A DNA stretch of 64,000 nt from Planctomycetota bacterium (GCA_965228735.1 OZ245838.1:1280001-1344000), one strand, 5' to 3'; counted from the first letter of the stretch, positions 1 through 9,290 are shown. Program-made: numbers and translations. The notes: a model not told the origin generated them from the sequence alone.

Positions 1-1
1 G

Positions 2-262
2 ATCACCAGCATGCCGCTCGACCTCGGCGCCGGCCCGCTGCCCGCGTATCTCGGATCCGACATCCTCGCGGACGGCTACGACCTGACGTACGAGCCGGGT
101 TGGAACGGCAGTCGCACGAACCGGGGGCGACTGCATCTGATCGTGCGGCTCATGGAGTACGTCCAGCAACACTACGACGAGGTGACGGAGGGCCTGCCGA
201 TCGTCTACGACGGGCCGCTCCACAACGGGGTGAAGCACATCCTCGTCGAGTGGCCGGAGTAG
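2..262 (+). CDS. 3' end of a hypothetical protein (runs off the window start)
   Basis: Open frame with high-GC3 codon usage ending at TAG 262; no recognisable motif. Confidence 0.6.
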   Translation: MTSMPLDLGAGPLPAYLGSDILADGYDLTYEPGWNGSRTNRGRLHLIVRLMEYVQQHYDEVTEGLPIVYDGPLHNGVKHILVEWPE

Positions 263-353
263 CCCGCCGTCGCGGCCGAAGTTGTCCCGCCGCCGTATTG
301 CCCCGAGTCGCACGAGCCAGTACGACAAGCAGGTCAGCCTGCCAGGGCTCCGA

Positions 354-438
354 GCCGGAGTGGCGGAATCGGCAGACGCACAGGTTTCAAAAACCTGCGA
401 GGTAACTCGTGCGGGTTCAAGTCCCGCCTCCGGCACCA
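354..438 (+). tRNA. tRNA-Leu(CAA)
   Basis: GCCGGAG/CTCCGGC acceptor stem, anticodon arm CAGGT-TTCAAAA-ACCTG, long variable arm, GTTCAAGTC T-loop, encoded CCA. Confidence 0.97.
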
Positions 439-440
439 TT
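386..440 (+). repeat. attL direct repeat (55 bp)
   Basis: TTCAAAAACCTG...GGCACCATT, identical to 17746-17800. Confidence 0.97.
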
Positions 441-503
441 CATTGACTGACAACGACTTACGAGCGCTTCGCGACTCGTTTGCGAGGCGGCCGGAAGCAT
501 CCC

Positions 504-524
504 GGGGGCAAATCTGGGGGCAAA
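504..524 (+). promoter_or_regulatory. Putative integrase arm-type sites (GGGGGCAAA x2)
   Basis: GGGGGCAAATCTGGGGGCAAA; near-identical tandem at 17596-17617. Confidence 0.7.
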
Positions 525-564
525 GCCCTGGCCTCACTCGGGCCCGCTCCCCATCATCCGGGGC

Positions 565-1740
565 ATGGTTGGAGCCAAGAAGAAGCGGGCCCGTCGCGGC
601 CGTTCCGCTCTTCCCTCGAACGTCGAGCAACACCGCGGCCGATACCGCGGACGGGTCATGCGCAACGGCACGACCTACCGCTCGCACACGTTCGCGACTG
701 CCGAGGAGGCGGCCGACTGGGTCGAGCACTTCGAGGAAGCGGACGCCGCGGCCGACAACGGCGCGCCGCTGTCGTTGCTCGGCGCGATGGAGCTGCTGAG
801 GCGCGAGCAGATCGCGAACGGCCTCCGCCCCGCGTCAATCGACTTCACCGAGCAGAAGTACGCGATGCTCTGCCGCGCCTGGCCGGAGTCGACCTACCTG
901 CACCGCATCGGCGCACCGCAGGTCATGAGCTACATGGTGAAGCGCCGCGAGCAGAAAGCCGGCGCGCAGACCATCCACCACGAGGTCTCGCTGCTGAAGC
1001 GACTGTTCCGCATCGGGAAGCGGTACCGCCGCCTGCAGCGCTCACCCTTCGACGACGGCGCCGTCCGGCTGCCCAAGGTTCGGAGCAAGCGCTTCGACCA
1101 CCTCCCCCGCGAGCAGCTCGACACGTTCCTCGAACGCATGCGGAACGCGGCCGGCGATGACCCGAAACGATCCTGGGAGGCCGACGTCGTCGAGTTCCTG
1201 TTCCTGACAGGCCTCCGGCGAGCCGAGCTCGCGCGCCTTCGCGTTGACGACGTCGACCCGTTCCGTGGCCAGGTCACCGTCCAAGCGAAGACGGATGACG
1301 CGCAAGTCGTGCACCTGGCCGAGCGCACGAAGCCGATCCTCGGCCGACTGATCGCCGCGGCCGACTCCGACGGCTTCTTGATCCCGACTCCGCAGAAAGA
1401 CCCGAGCAAGGTCGAGAAGTCGCGGGCCAACAAGATCACGCACATCGTCATGCGCTGGAAGGACGAGCTCGGCCTCAAGCTGCACGGCGCCGCGCACGTG
1501 CTCCGGCATTCGTACGGCACGGAGCTCGCGATGACGCCGGGCATGCCGTTCCCGCTGGCGCAGCGCAGCATGCGCCACAAGACGCCGGCGATGACCATGC
1601 GATACTTCCACGAGGCCGGCGAGAACATGCGCGCCGCGGCCGAGGCCGTCGCGAACGGCGAGGCCTTCGAACCGAACACGCCTCGAGCGAAGAAGGGCCG
1701 CAAGAAGACCGTGGCGGCGAAGAAGTCGCGTTCGGGGTAG
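565..1740 (+). CDS. Tyrosine recombinase/integrase
   Basis: TGLRRAEL (Arg), HVLRH (HxxR), MRHKTPAMTMRY (His/Tyr); adjacent to attL. Confidence 0.95.
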   Translation: MVGAKKKRARRGRSALPSNVEQHRGRYRGRVMRNGTTYRSHTFATAEEAADWVEHFEEADAAADNGAPLSLLGAMELLRREQIANGLRPASIDFTEQKYAMLCRAWPESTYLHRIGAPQVMSYMVKRREQKAGAQTIHHEVSLLKRLFRIGKRYRRLQRSPFDDGAVRLPKVRSKRFDHLPREQLDTFLERMRNAAGDDPKRSWEADVVEFLFLTGLRRAELARLRVDDVDPFRGQVTVQAKTDDAQVVHLAERTKPILGRLIAAADSDGFLIPTPQKDPSKVEKSRANKITHIVMRWKDELGLKLHGAAHVLRHSYGTELAMTPGMPFPLAQRSMRHKTPAMTMRYFHEAGENMRAAAEAVANGEAFEPNTPRAKKGRKKTVAAKKSRSG

Positions 1741-1857
1741 AACCAGTCGCGGGGCAACAGCCGCCGCTGATCACGGCGACTGGGCGAGCTCACGTTCCAC
1801 CGAGCTCGCTGCCCCTATTCACGTCAGTGATTGGTGGGACGAGCACGGAGGTGGAAC

Positions 1858-2652
1858 ATGGAGGCAAGCGAGAGGCTGTCAGACGCTGCGCCGCGACTCC
1901 TGTCAGCGTTGCGGACGTACCTTGATGCGCTTCGCGAGTACAGGACGAGTGCAAACCGGTCGGTGGACGAAGAGAACCACGTTCGGCAGCGGATCGCGCG
2001 CACCTACGAACGCGAGGCCCCACCTCCACTGGATGAGAATTCCTGGGTCGAGTACATAGCCGCGCTCCGAGCTAGAGCCGAAAGCGAAGCGAAGCCAGTC
2101 CTCGCCGCTTGGAAGCCGTTCGACCGACTGTTCCGCGAAGCGCGTACGCGGCTCGCTGGCCTGCATCACAAGCCGTGGTTCCAGCTCGGAGAGAAGGTTC
2201 ACCCAAGTGCATCCGCGGCTCTGCATGAGCTAGCGGAGTTCGTTGTTGGCGGGATTCAAACCGGCCCCGAGTGCGTGCTCAGCTGGCACAAAGGCACTGC
2301 CGACTCAAGGGATCTCCGCGTCGGTCTCGAGGTCGAGCTCGCATCGTTTGATCGCGAAGAAAGCTGCGGCATTGAGGAGACCGACGAGAAAGCGGAAGCT
2401 CAGCTTGCTCACCTCGGTGCTCGGGAGGAGGAGGTTCTTCTCGCTCTCCTCGACGCGAAGGAAAGCGGCGCTCACGGCACCAAAACGGAGGCGCTACGGA
2501 GATTGGGTGATCCGAGGCGTGCGCTGGACCGCCTTCGTACAGCTGACCTCGCCGTACAGGTCGGCAGCGGCGACTCGAAGCGTGGAGTGTGGAGGCTGAC
2601 CCCCCTCGGCGTGAGAGTGGCGGCTCTGCTCAAGACCAACCTCCGTCAGTAG
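1858..2652 (+). CDS. Hypothetical protein with C-terminal winged-helix-like region
   Basis: GGAGG before ATG 1858; C-terminus RRALDRLRTADLAVQ...GVWRLTPLG resembles a wHTH wing. Confidence 0.65.
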   Translation: MEASERLSDAAPRLLSALRTYLDALREYRTSANRSVDEENHVRQRIARTYEREAPPPLDENSWVEYIAALRARAESEAKPVLAAWKPFDRLFREARTRLAGLHHKPWFQLGEKVHPSASAALHELAEFVVGGIQTGPECVLSWHKGTADSRDLRVGLEVELASFDREESCGIEETDEKAEAQLAHLGAREEEVLLALLDAKESGAHGTKTEALRRLGDPRRALDRLRTADLAVQVGSGDSKRGVWRLTPLGVRVAALLKTNLRQ

Positions 2653-2723
2653 ATCCTCGACGGGTCGCGAGGAACGGCGAAGGCGCGCCCTCCCGATCCT
2701 TCGGCTTGCTCAGATCGCACGCG

Positions 2724-2984
2724 ATGAGCAAGCACGCCGCATCGCAGCAAGACGCCCCGTGGTGGTCTGGCGAGACCGCCATCGCTCTGGCCGATACGCC
2801 GAGGATGTTCCCGCCTCGGCCTGGCGGCGTCCCGCCCACGCTCGGGACCGTGCGCCGCTGGGTTCGCCACGGAGTGTTTGGCCTCCAGCTGCGCGTATTT
2901 GCGAACGGCCCTACCGGCCTCGCAACCACGCGCGAGGAGATCGAACGGTTCATCGCCCAGCTCAGCCTGCTCAGGGGGCTCTGA
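2724..2984 (+). CDS. DUF1580-like small HTH (excisionase/AlpA-like)
   Basis: PTLGTVRRWVRHGVFGLQL...TTREEIERF pattern; TGATG-coupled to the next gene. Confidence 0.75.
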   Translation: MSKHAASQQDAPWWSGETAIALADTPRMFPPRPGGVPPTLGTVRRWVRHGVFGLQLRVFANGPTGLATTREEIERFIAQLSLLRGL

Positions 2985-3415
2985 TGCCCCAGATCAGGGA
3001 ACTCAGCGAAGCTCGCTTGCGCGCAGCAGTCCGCCAGGCGATCGAGACCGCCATCGAGACGGACGACCCGGACGAGTTCGACTACGTGAACCTGCGGCCG
3101 ATCGCCGAGCGCGCCGGCCTGAAGCAGCGAGAGCTGCTCGCTGCTGTTCGGGCGGGCAACCTGTTCCCCGTGCTCCCTGTGACGCAGCGCATCGTCCTGG
3201 TGCGCCGGCGAGACCTTCGGGACTGGGAGGCACGAGCAGAGGTGTCAGCCGCACGCGCCGCCGCTGTCCGCGGCCACCTGGACGACCGCCCCGCCGAACC
3301 GTTCGCGGAAATGAAAGCGACCCCGACCCCGCGAAAGATGCGAGGCCAGGGCCGCATGGTTGGAGGTCGAGAGAGTAGCGCTCAACGCGCAAGCGCACGA
3401 GGGAGTCGATCGTGA
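2984..3415 (+). CDS. Excisionase-like HTH protein
   Basis: YVNLRPIAERAGLKQRELLAAVRAG...VLVRRRDLRDW; coupled start. Confidence 0.65.
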   Translation: MPQIRELSEARLRAAVRQAIETAIETDDPDEFDYVNLRPIAERAGLKQRELLAAVRAGNLFPVLPVTQRIVLVRRRDLRDWEARAEVSAARAAAVRGHLDDRPAEPFAEMKATPTPRKMRGQGRMVGGRESSAQRASARGSRS

Positions 3416-3460
3416 GTCGGCGATGCTCCACGTCCGCGCTGACGAGCGGGAGGATGCGCG

Positions 3461-4966
3461 ATGCTCGACCGTAGGGCTCGCACACCCGCTCTCCGCGACC
3501 TGCTCGTCGGCCACGACCCAACGTGCTCGGCCGAGGCGACGCTAGTTCTCGCCGCGCGCGCCGCATTCGGTGGGCTGCTCGCAACGGGCAAGCCGATGCC
3601 GGGCGCAGCACCGCGCGTGCCGACGTTGCGCGAGGTTGCGGCCGAACTCGGCCTTTCGTTGGACGCGGTCCGGCGAGCCGATCACGAGCTGATCGAGCGC
3701 GGCCAGGTGTTCGTCGACGGCGCCGGCGACCGCCGAGTTTGCCCACTCGCCATGTCCATTCGGTGGTCCGACCACCGTCGCCGAGTCCGTCTGCCGGCCG
3801 TCGACCGTGAGCGTCGCATGAAGGCGCGCGCTCTGCTCCTCACTGGGCTCTTGCACGGGCAGCTGGACCGCCGCAGCGGGCGTCTCGCGCTCGGACTCGC
3901 CTACCTCGGTGAGCGGCTTGGGATGCCGCGACGGACCCTTCAACGAGCTCTCGCGGCGGCTGAGGAGGCTGGGGCCCTCCATCGCTGGACAGCGCCAATC
4001 GGACAGGGCCAACTGTTCCTGGCACCAGGACCGTCGAGAATAGGCGCACGAGATGGTTCGAGAACAGGCGCACGAGAAGGTGCTGCCTCGACGGAGTCCA
4101 ACGTCGCATCGGCCGAGCGTCGAAACGAGGCGCCGGTCGACGCCGAAAAGGGGCGCAACCCCCGTCCAAAGGAGGCGCACCCCCATGGCGAAACAGGCGC
4201 GCGAAACACGGATTGCCCTCCGGAGTACCCTCCGGATTCACCCTCGGACGCGCGCGCGCTCGCGCGCGGTCAGACCTCGCCCCTGGCTCGAGGTGACACC
4301 AGAGCACGTCGGGACCGAGAGCGGCGGCGCCAGGTGCCGGCCGACGTGCGAACGGTCGGCGGCGCATGGGCGACCCGCCTGATCAGCGATGGCCGTGAGC
4401 GGCTGGAGTCCGACGATGCACCGCAGCTCGCCGCGCTCCTCGACGCGCTCGAACCGCCCGAGTCCGACCCCAAGGTTCGCGATGCGGCGGCCGTGCGCCG
4501 GGAGCGACTGGCCTTTGCCCGCCGCGCCATCCGGTGGGAGCCGTCGCCTGAGCGCCTGGCGCGCTGGCTGGCGGTCGCGGTCCGCCGCTACGGCGTCCGG
4601 CGGGCCGGGGCCTACCTGCGACGGGCGGCCGAACGTGGCGACTCCGGCACGCTGCTCGGCCGCCGCGGCGCCGGCGGGCACGCGCTCGACCCTGATCACG
4701 AGGTCGCGCTGCGTGGACCACGCATGCGCGAGGTTGATGACATCGTCGCCGGCGGGGTGGCCGTCCTCGGTGCGCAGCTCGATGAACGAGCGCGTTTGCG
4801 GCGCGATCTGGCACACCTGCTCGACGTAGGCGACCGACCAGGCGCGCGAGTCGTTCTGCTTCGACTGCTCGGTGATCGGAGTCCAAGCGACACGCTTGCA
4901 TTGGCGCGCGCCATCGAGGGCAGCGGCGTCCCGATCACGCTCGCGCGGGAGGTCCTCGCGGCATGA
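3461..4966 (+). CDS. Putative replication initiator with two HTH domains
   Basis: PTLREVAAELGLSLDAVRRA and LGERLGMPRRTLQRAL HTHs, disordered linker containing tandem DNA repeats, GGAGG RBS. Confidence 0.6.
   Translation: MLDRRARTPALRDLLVGHDPTCSAEATLVLAARAAFGGLLATGKPMPGAAPRVPTLREVAAELGLSLDAVRRADHELIERGQVFVDGAGDRRVCPLAMSIRWSDHRRRVRLPAVDRERRMKARALLLTGLLHGQLDRRSGRLALGLAYLGERLGMPRRTLQRALAAAEEAGALHRWTAPIGQGQLFLAPGPSRIGARDGSRTGAREGAASTESNVASAERRNEAPVDAEKGRNPRPKEAHPHGETGARNTDCPPEYPPDSPSDARALARGQTSPLARGDTRARRDRERRRQVPADVRTVGGAWATRLISDGRERLESDDAPQLAALLDALEPPESDPKVRDAAAVRRERLAFARRAIRWEPSPERLARWLAVAVRRYGVRRAGAYLRRAAERGDSGTLLGRRGAGGHALDPDHEVALRGPRMREVDDIVAGGVAVLGAQLDERARLRRDLAHLLDVGDRPGARVVLLRLLGDRSPSDTLALARAIEGSGVPITLAREVLAA
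4034..4081 (+). repeat. 24-bp tandem repeat x2 (iteron-like) inside the Rep-like gene
   Basis: TCGAGAATAGGCGCACGAGATGGT / TCGAGAACAGGCGCACGAGAAGGT; partial copy near 4189-4206. Confidence 0.75.
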
Positions 4967-5205
4967 CTAGCAACCCGTCTCGAAGTGTTCTCCGCGCCCA
5001 GCTTGTGAAGGCCCTCGATCGCGGTGATCGAGCCGAAGCGGAGCGCTTGCAGGTCCTCTTGCTCGCGGAGCTGCGAGCAGCGTGTCCGAGGTCGACGCCG
5101 CGAACGAGATCGCCATTGGCAGCCAGCATGGCTTCGCGAGGCAACGGCCTACAGCGTCATCCCCTGCGCCTCGTGCCAGACATCGAGAAGGGAACAGGCT
5201 CGTGA
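4963..5205 (+). CDS. Small hypothetical protein
   Basis: ATGA and GTGA overlaps with both neighbours. Confidence 0.55.
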   Translation: MTSNPSRSVLRAQLVKALDRGDRAEAERLQVLLLAELRAACPRSTPRTRSPLAASMASRGNGLQRHPLRLVPDIEKGTGS

Positions 5206-5462
5206 TCGTCGACCCCGAACAAGCTCGTGAGCAACGCGAGGAGATGCGCCAACGCCGCGCCGACCCTGCGGTCGACGTCGCTGTGCGCCGCCGCTGGCTC
5301 GCCCTGGCGCGCACCGACGGGTACTCGTTCGAGCAGATCGCCGAGCTCGACGGCGAACCCGTGTGGCGGATCCGTGATGCGGTGCGGCTGCAGCTCGAGC
5401 TCGATGAGCGGCCAGCGGCGGAGGTCGATCGAGTGCTGGGACGAACGGAGGAAGCGCGATGA
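5202..5462 (+). CDS. Small HTH protein (sigma-70 region 4-like)
   Basis: GYSFEQIAELDGEPVWRIRDAV; coupled on both sides. Confidence 0.65.
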   Translation: MIVDPEQAREQREEMRQRRADPAVDVAVRRRWLALARTDGYSFEQIAELDGEPVWRIRDAVRLQLELDERPAAEVDRVLGRTEEAR

Positions 5463-5971
5463 CGCTCTGGCGACGACAGGCTATCGCTGAAGCGACGTTC
5501 GCGATCGCACCCGTGAGCCCATTCGTCGGGCCAGTGCTCATCGCGGTGTTGGTGGCCGAGCTGCTTCGGTGGAGAGCTCAGACGAGGATACGTGCACGGC
5601 AACAGGCTCCTGCCCCGGCCTTGTGTCCGGGCGCAACGAGGGAACGTCCCAGTCGTGCGACCGTGAGCAGCTGCGCCAACTGTGGCACGCTGTTGGAGCT
5701 CGCCGCCGAGGGAACGTGCGAAGACTGCAAGCACGGTCCGAGCGGTGACTGGATGCCGAACGCGGCATCCGAGTGCCGTGGCTGCGGCCAGATCGCTGAG
5801 TGCTCGCCGAGCCGGCTCTGCCAGTCGTGCCTTGGGCTCATGCTCACGTTCGCGCCATGGAGGGTCCACGCTCGGATGAGACGTGCGCACCGCGGCGGGG
5901 ACCACGCGGAACACCAGCTGCAGCTCGGCGTGCTGCGTTGGTCGGTCATGCCGTGGAGGGCCGGAAAGTAA
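5459..5971 (+). CDS. Membrane-anchored protein with four CxxC motifs
   Basis: Hydrophobic N-terminal stretch; CANC, CEDC, CRGC, CQSC. Confidence 0.6.
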   Translation: MTLWRRQAIAEATFAIAPVSPFVGPVLIAVLVAELLRWRAQTRIRARQQAPAPALCPGATRERPSRATVSSCANCGTLLELAAEGTCEDCKHGPSGDWMPNAASECRGCGQIAECSPSRLCQSCLGLMLTFAPWRVHARMRRAHRGGDHAEHQLQLGVLRWSVMPWRAGK

Positions 5972-6294
5972 TGCGCCTGTTCCGCGACTTCCTCTTGCTC
6001 GCGCCGGTGCGTGTGGCTCGGCGGCTATGCATGGCGAGCGCCTGCGGCCTGTCGCGCCAGTTCGGCCCAGCAAGCGCGCGACGCGAACTCGCCCTTGGGG
6101 GAGTGTGGCGCGGCAAGCGCCGCCCCTGGCCGAGCCTGACCGCGGTGCGGTCCGCTGCGAGATCGACGGGTCCCTTGTCCGGATTCGAAGTGAGTACGTG
6201 GGGGCGGGCTCAACCGCTCTCGGAGTTTGCAGCGGCCCGAAGTGGGGTTGTTGTTTCACCTTCGGGCCGACGGCCAATCGGGAGGGCTTCGTAA
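5971..6294 (+). CDS. Possible small ORF spanning the cos candidate
   Basis: TAATG overlaps at both ends; no recognisable motif. Confidence 0.3.
   Translation: MRLFRDFLLLAPVRVARRLCMASACGLSRQFGPASARRELALGGVWRGKRRPWPSLTAVRSAARSTGPLSGFEVSTWGRAQPLSEFAAARSGVVVSPSGRRPIGRAS
6166..6210 (+). other. Candidate cos packaging site (cosQ/cosN-like)
   Basis: ACGGGTCCCTTGTCCGG...TACGTGGGGGCGG resembles lambda ACGGGTCCTTTCCGG...TACGGGGCGG; lies just upstream of the terS-like gene. Confidence 0.55.
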
Positions 6295-6860
6295 TGCCGC
6301 GCCAGGCGCGCTTCGCCCTCTCGCAGGCCGATATGGCGGCGATCGTCGGTCGCTCGCTGACGACGATTCGGAAGCACATCCATGCGGGCTGCCCTGTTCC
6401 GCGTTGCCGGAGCCGCATCTTGCGCTGGGTTCGCAGCTATCACGCCTGGTGCGCTCGCAACGGAAAGGCATCGAGCGACTCTCGTGAGCCCGACTCCGAG
6501 ACTCGGCAGGTCGCGATCGAGCTGAACGGGCTGCGCAGCCAGTTGATGCAACTGGAGCTCGACAATCGCCGGTCCAGGCTGATCGAGCGGCAGGCCGTCA
6601 TCGACTACTGCGAGAGCGCTGTGCGCGCGCTGCGGGCTCGGCTCCAGACCATCCGTCGCAGGCTCTCGTCCCGCCTCGAGAACTGCACCGCCGACGAGGT
6701 CGACAGCGCGATCAGGATCGAGTTCGACGCGATGTGCGACGACTTCGCCGAGGGAATGACGGGCCATGACCCCGGCCGACCCAACGGAAAGCACGAGAAC
6801 CCTGCTGCCCCGGAACGTCCGGCGGCTGCAAGCCAACCACGACAGGACGACGAACGATGA
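6294..6860 (+). CDS. Terminase small subunit, lambda Nu1-like
   Basis: N-terminal wHTH LSQADMAAIVGRSLTTIRKHIHAGCP, coiled coil RSQLMQLELDNRRSRLIERQAV, helical C-terminus; 188 aa. Confidence 0.75.
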   Translation: MPRQARFALSQADMAAIVGRSLTTIRKHIHAGCPVPRCRSRILRWVRSYHAWCARNGKASSDSREPDSETRQVAIELNGLRSQLMQLELDNRRSRLIERQAVIDYCESAVRALRARLQTIRRRLSSRLENCTADEVDSAIRIEFDAMCDDFAEGMTGHDPGRPNGKHENPAAPERPAAASQPRQDDER

Positions 6861-7543
6861 AGAAGACGACACCCAAGCGGAGCGCGCTCGGCGCGTTCCT
6901 CGATCAGTTCCGGAAAGACCGCAGCGAACGCGGCAAGAGTGACCTCTCGCGATGGTGGGCGGTCGCTGGCGACCTGGCTGCCGGCCGGAAGCCGAAGATT
7001 TCGACGACCGAGATGGCCGAGCTCTCGATCGCCATCGACCGCCCGCCGTCCGAGCTCGAGGCCGACGTGGCCTTGCTCACGCAGCTTCACATCGCGAACG
7101 AGGCCGCCACTGGCCTCGAGAAGGCGAAGGAATCGGTCCGCGAGATGCGACGCGTGCAGGAGAAGGCCCACGCGAAGGCCGCCGAGCTCGAGCGTGAGAT
7201 TGCGCGGATCCGCGGTGAGGCCGACACGGCGCTCGAGAGATCGAAAAGCACTGTTCGCCGGGCGGAGAAGGGTGCCGAAGATGCTGCGCGACTCACCCGC
7301 GACCTGGCGAAGCGCGGACATCCGGGCAGCGTCGAGGCGATCCAGGCCCGCGAAGCAGCGGAGGAGCCCGAGCGGCTTCTCGGTCAGTTGCGCTCGCTGC
7401 GAGCTGGGGTGAACACCAGTGGGACGCAGAGCCGCAGCCAGCGAATCGCAGAGGTCACACAACGGCTTCGCGAACTCGGCGTCCCGATCCCGCCTGACCC
7501 ACGGTTCGAAACGAGCGGCGCGACCGCGGCGGAGGCATCCTGA
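6857..7543 (+). CDS. Coiled-coil hypothetical protein
   Basis: 228 aa, heptad-rich; coupled to terS and to the protease. Confidence 0.75.
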   Translation: MKKTTPKRSALGAFLDQFRKDRSERGKSDLSRWWAVAGDLAAGRKPKISTTEMAELSIAIDRPPSELEADVALLTQLHIANEAATGLEKAKESVREMRRVQEKAHAKAAELEREIARIRGEADTALERSKSTVRRAEKGAEDAARLTRDLAKRGHPGSVEAIQAREAAEEPERLLGQLRSLRAGVNTSGTQSRSQRIAEVTQRLRELGVPIPPDPRFETSGATAAEAS

Positions 7544-8892
7544 TGCCACGGGCGTCATCGCGCGTGCTCGAGTTCGCTTCCCGGCGGTGCTGGGCGATCG
7601 AACCGGACTTCTTCCGTCAGATGACGGCAGTCCTGGCTGGTCGCGCCGAGGGGATCAAGCTCTCCGATTCGGAGATCGCGGCAGCGATCGGCCGTCCCCT
7701 TGGGGGTGACAAGCCCGAGTCGTCGATGCAGGTGAATCGCGGCACCGCTGTGATTCGGATCCATGGAGTGATCGCGCAGCGAGCCAGCGCTGTGCACAAC
7801 ATCTCGATCGGCGCCGGCACGAGCGTCGAGCACATTCGCGCCGACCTGCAGCGCGCGCTGCGCGATCCGAAGGTGCACGCGATCGTGCTGGACATCGACT
7901 CGCCTGGCGGCGCTGTCGACGGCATCACCGAGCTCGCCGAGGATCTGCGTCGTGCGCGTGATCGCAAGCCGATCGTCGCGCACACGGATTCCCTGATGGC
8001 GAGCGCTGCCTACTGGCTCGCGGCGCAGGCGAACCGGGTAGTCGCAACTCGATCTTCTCGTGTCGGCAGTGTAGGCGTGATCGCTTCGTTCCTCGACGAC
8101 CACCGCGCATTGTCGAACCGCGGCTACGACGAGTTCGTCGTGAAATCGACGCCCGGCAAGAGCATGCGCCAGGCCACCGGCACGATCAGCGAGCAGTCCG
8201 TGTCGGACCTGCAGCGCGAGATCGACACGTTCCACGCGATGTTCGTCGCGGACATCGCGGCCGGCCGAGAGATCACGGCCGAAGCAGCGGCGGCGATGGG
8301 CGACGGACGTGTCCGACTGGCCGACGAGGCGCTCTCGGAGGGCTTCATCGACGAGGTCGGCGGTCTTGCCGACGCAATCGCATCCGTATCTGTGCGCGGT
8401 GGTCGCGGCGGCCGCGCGGGATCAAGAACCACAGCCGCATCCAACACCAACCACCGACACCAAGAACCGATGACACAAAGACACGAATCACCCGCGGCGA
8501 GCGACGAGCGCGATCGCGCCAGCGCGATCCTCGAGGCCGCAGCTGACTGCCAGGTCGCACTCGCGACCGAGCTCATCCGCAACGGAACGGACCTGGACGA
8601 GGCGCTCAAGGCCATCACGGCCGATGCCAAGAGGCGCATCGAACGGCAAGCGCCTGCCGCGAATGAGCCGATCGGCCTCGGCAACAGCTCCGAGGTGTTG
8701 CCGAGGGGTCCGAGCTCCACCGACGCCATGCCTGCAGGCCCCGGCAAGTGGGACGCGGAGTGGAACAGCGATCCGGATCTGCGCGCCGAGTTCGGCAACG
8801 ACAAGGAGAGCTACTTCGCCTTCATGAAGGCGGGCGAGGCGGGGCAGATCGTGCTCACGCGTAGCCGCCCCGCGGACGCCGAGCCGTTCTGA
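7543..8892 (+). CDS. S49-family prohead protease with C-terminal scaffold domain (lambda gpC-like)
   Basis: WAIEP N-terminus, LDIDSPGG, MASAAYWLA, VGSVGV; linker followed by a helical C-terminal domain. Confidence 0.9.
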   Translation: MPRASSRVLEFASRRCWAIEPDFFRQMTAVLAGRAEGIKLSDSEIAAAIGRPLGGDKPESSMQVNRGTAVIRIHGVIAQRASAVHNISIGAGTSVEHIRADLQRALRDPKVHAIVLDIDSPGGAVDGITELAEDLRRARDRKPIVAHTDSLMASAAYWLAAQANRVVATRSSRVGSVGVIASFLDDHRALSNRGYDEFVVKSTPGKSMRQATGTISEQSVSDLQREIDTFHAMFVADIAAGREITAEAAAAMGDGRVRLADEALSEGFIDEVGGLADAIASVSVRGGRGGRAGSRTTAASNTNHRHQEPMTQRHESPAASDERDRASAILEAAADCQVALATELIRNGTDLDEALKAITADAKRRIERQAPAANEPIGLGNSSEVLPRGPSSTDAMPAGPGKWDAEWNSDPDLRAEFGNDKESYFAFMKAGEAGQIVLTRSRPADAEPF

Positions 8893-9005
8893 ACCGACTC
8901 GGTAGCTGCACCGTCGATCCGCCGCCGTGACGCCGGCGCGATCGCGCCCCGCGTTGCCGGCGCGGGTGCCCCCTCTCACCCTCAACGACAAACACGCAGC
9001 GAATC

Positions 9006-9290
9006 ATGGCACTCACCAGATCCAGGGCCCGCAAGTACGCACCGGGCGCACTCCAGGTCGACAACCTCATTCCGGTCAAGGCCGCCGCGACAATCCACGC
9101 CGGCGCGGCTCTTGAGTCGAACGGCGGCTACCTCGAACCCGCGTCCGGCGCGGGCACGTTCATGGGCTTCGCGCTGGAGTCCAACGGCACTACCCACGTC
9201 GGCGTCACGGTCGGCAAGGTGATGCGGGTCATCACCCCCGGGGTCGGCGGCCGCGTCCTCGTCTCGTTCCGGGCGCCCTGGCTGCCCTGA
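9006..9290 (+). CDS. Short capsid cement/decoration-like protein
   Basis: PVKAAATIHAGAAL...GYLEPA...FMGFALE; directly after the protease, as in phage head modules; looks internally shortened. Confidence 0.6.
   Translation: MALTRSRARKYAPGALQVDNLIPVKAAATIHAGAALESNGGYLEPASGAGTFMGFALESNGTTHVGVTVGKVMRVITPGVGGRVLVSFRAPWLP

Noticed and set aside
7543..8892. Host signal peptide peptidase SppA
   Set aside because: No TM anchor; phage-type N-terminus, scaffold-like tail and phage context
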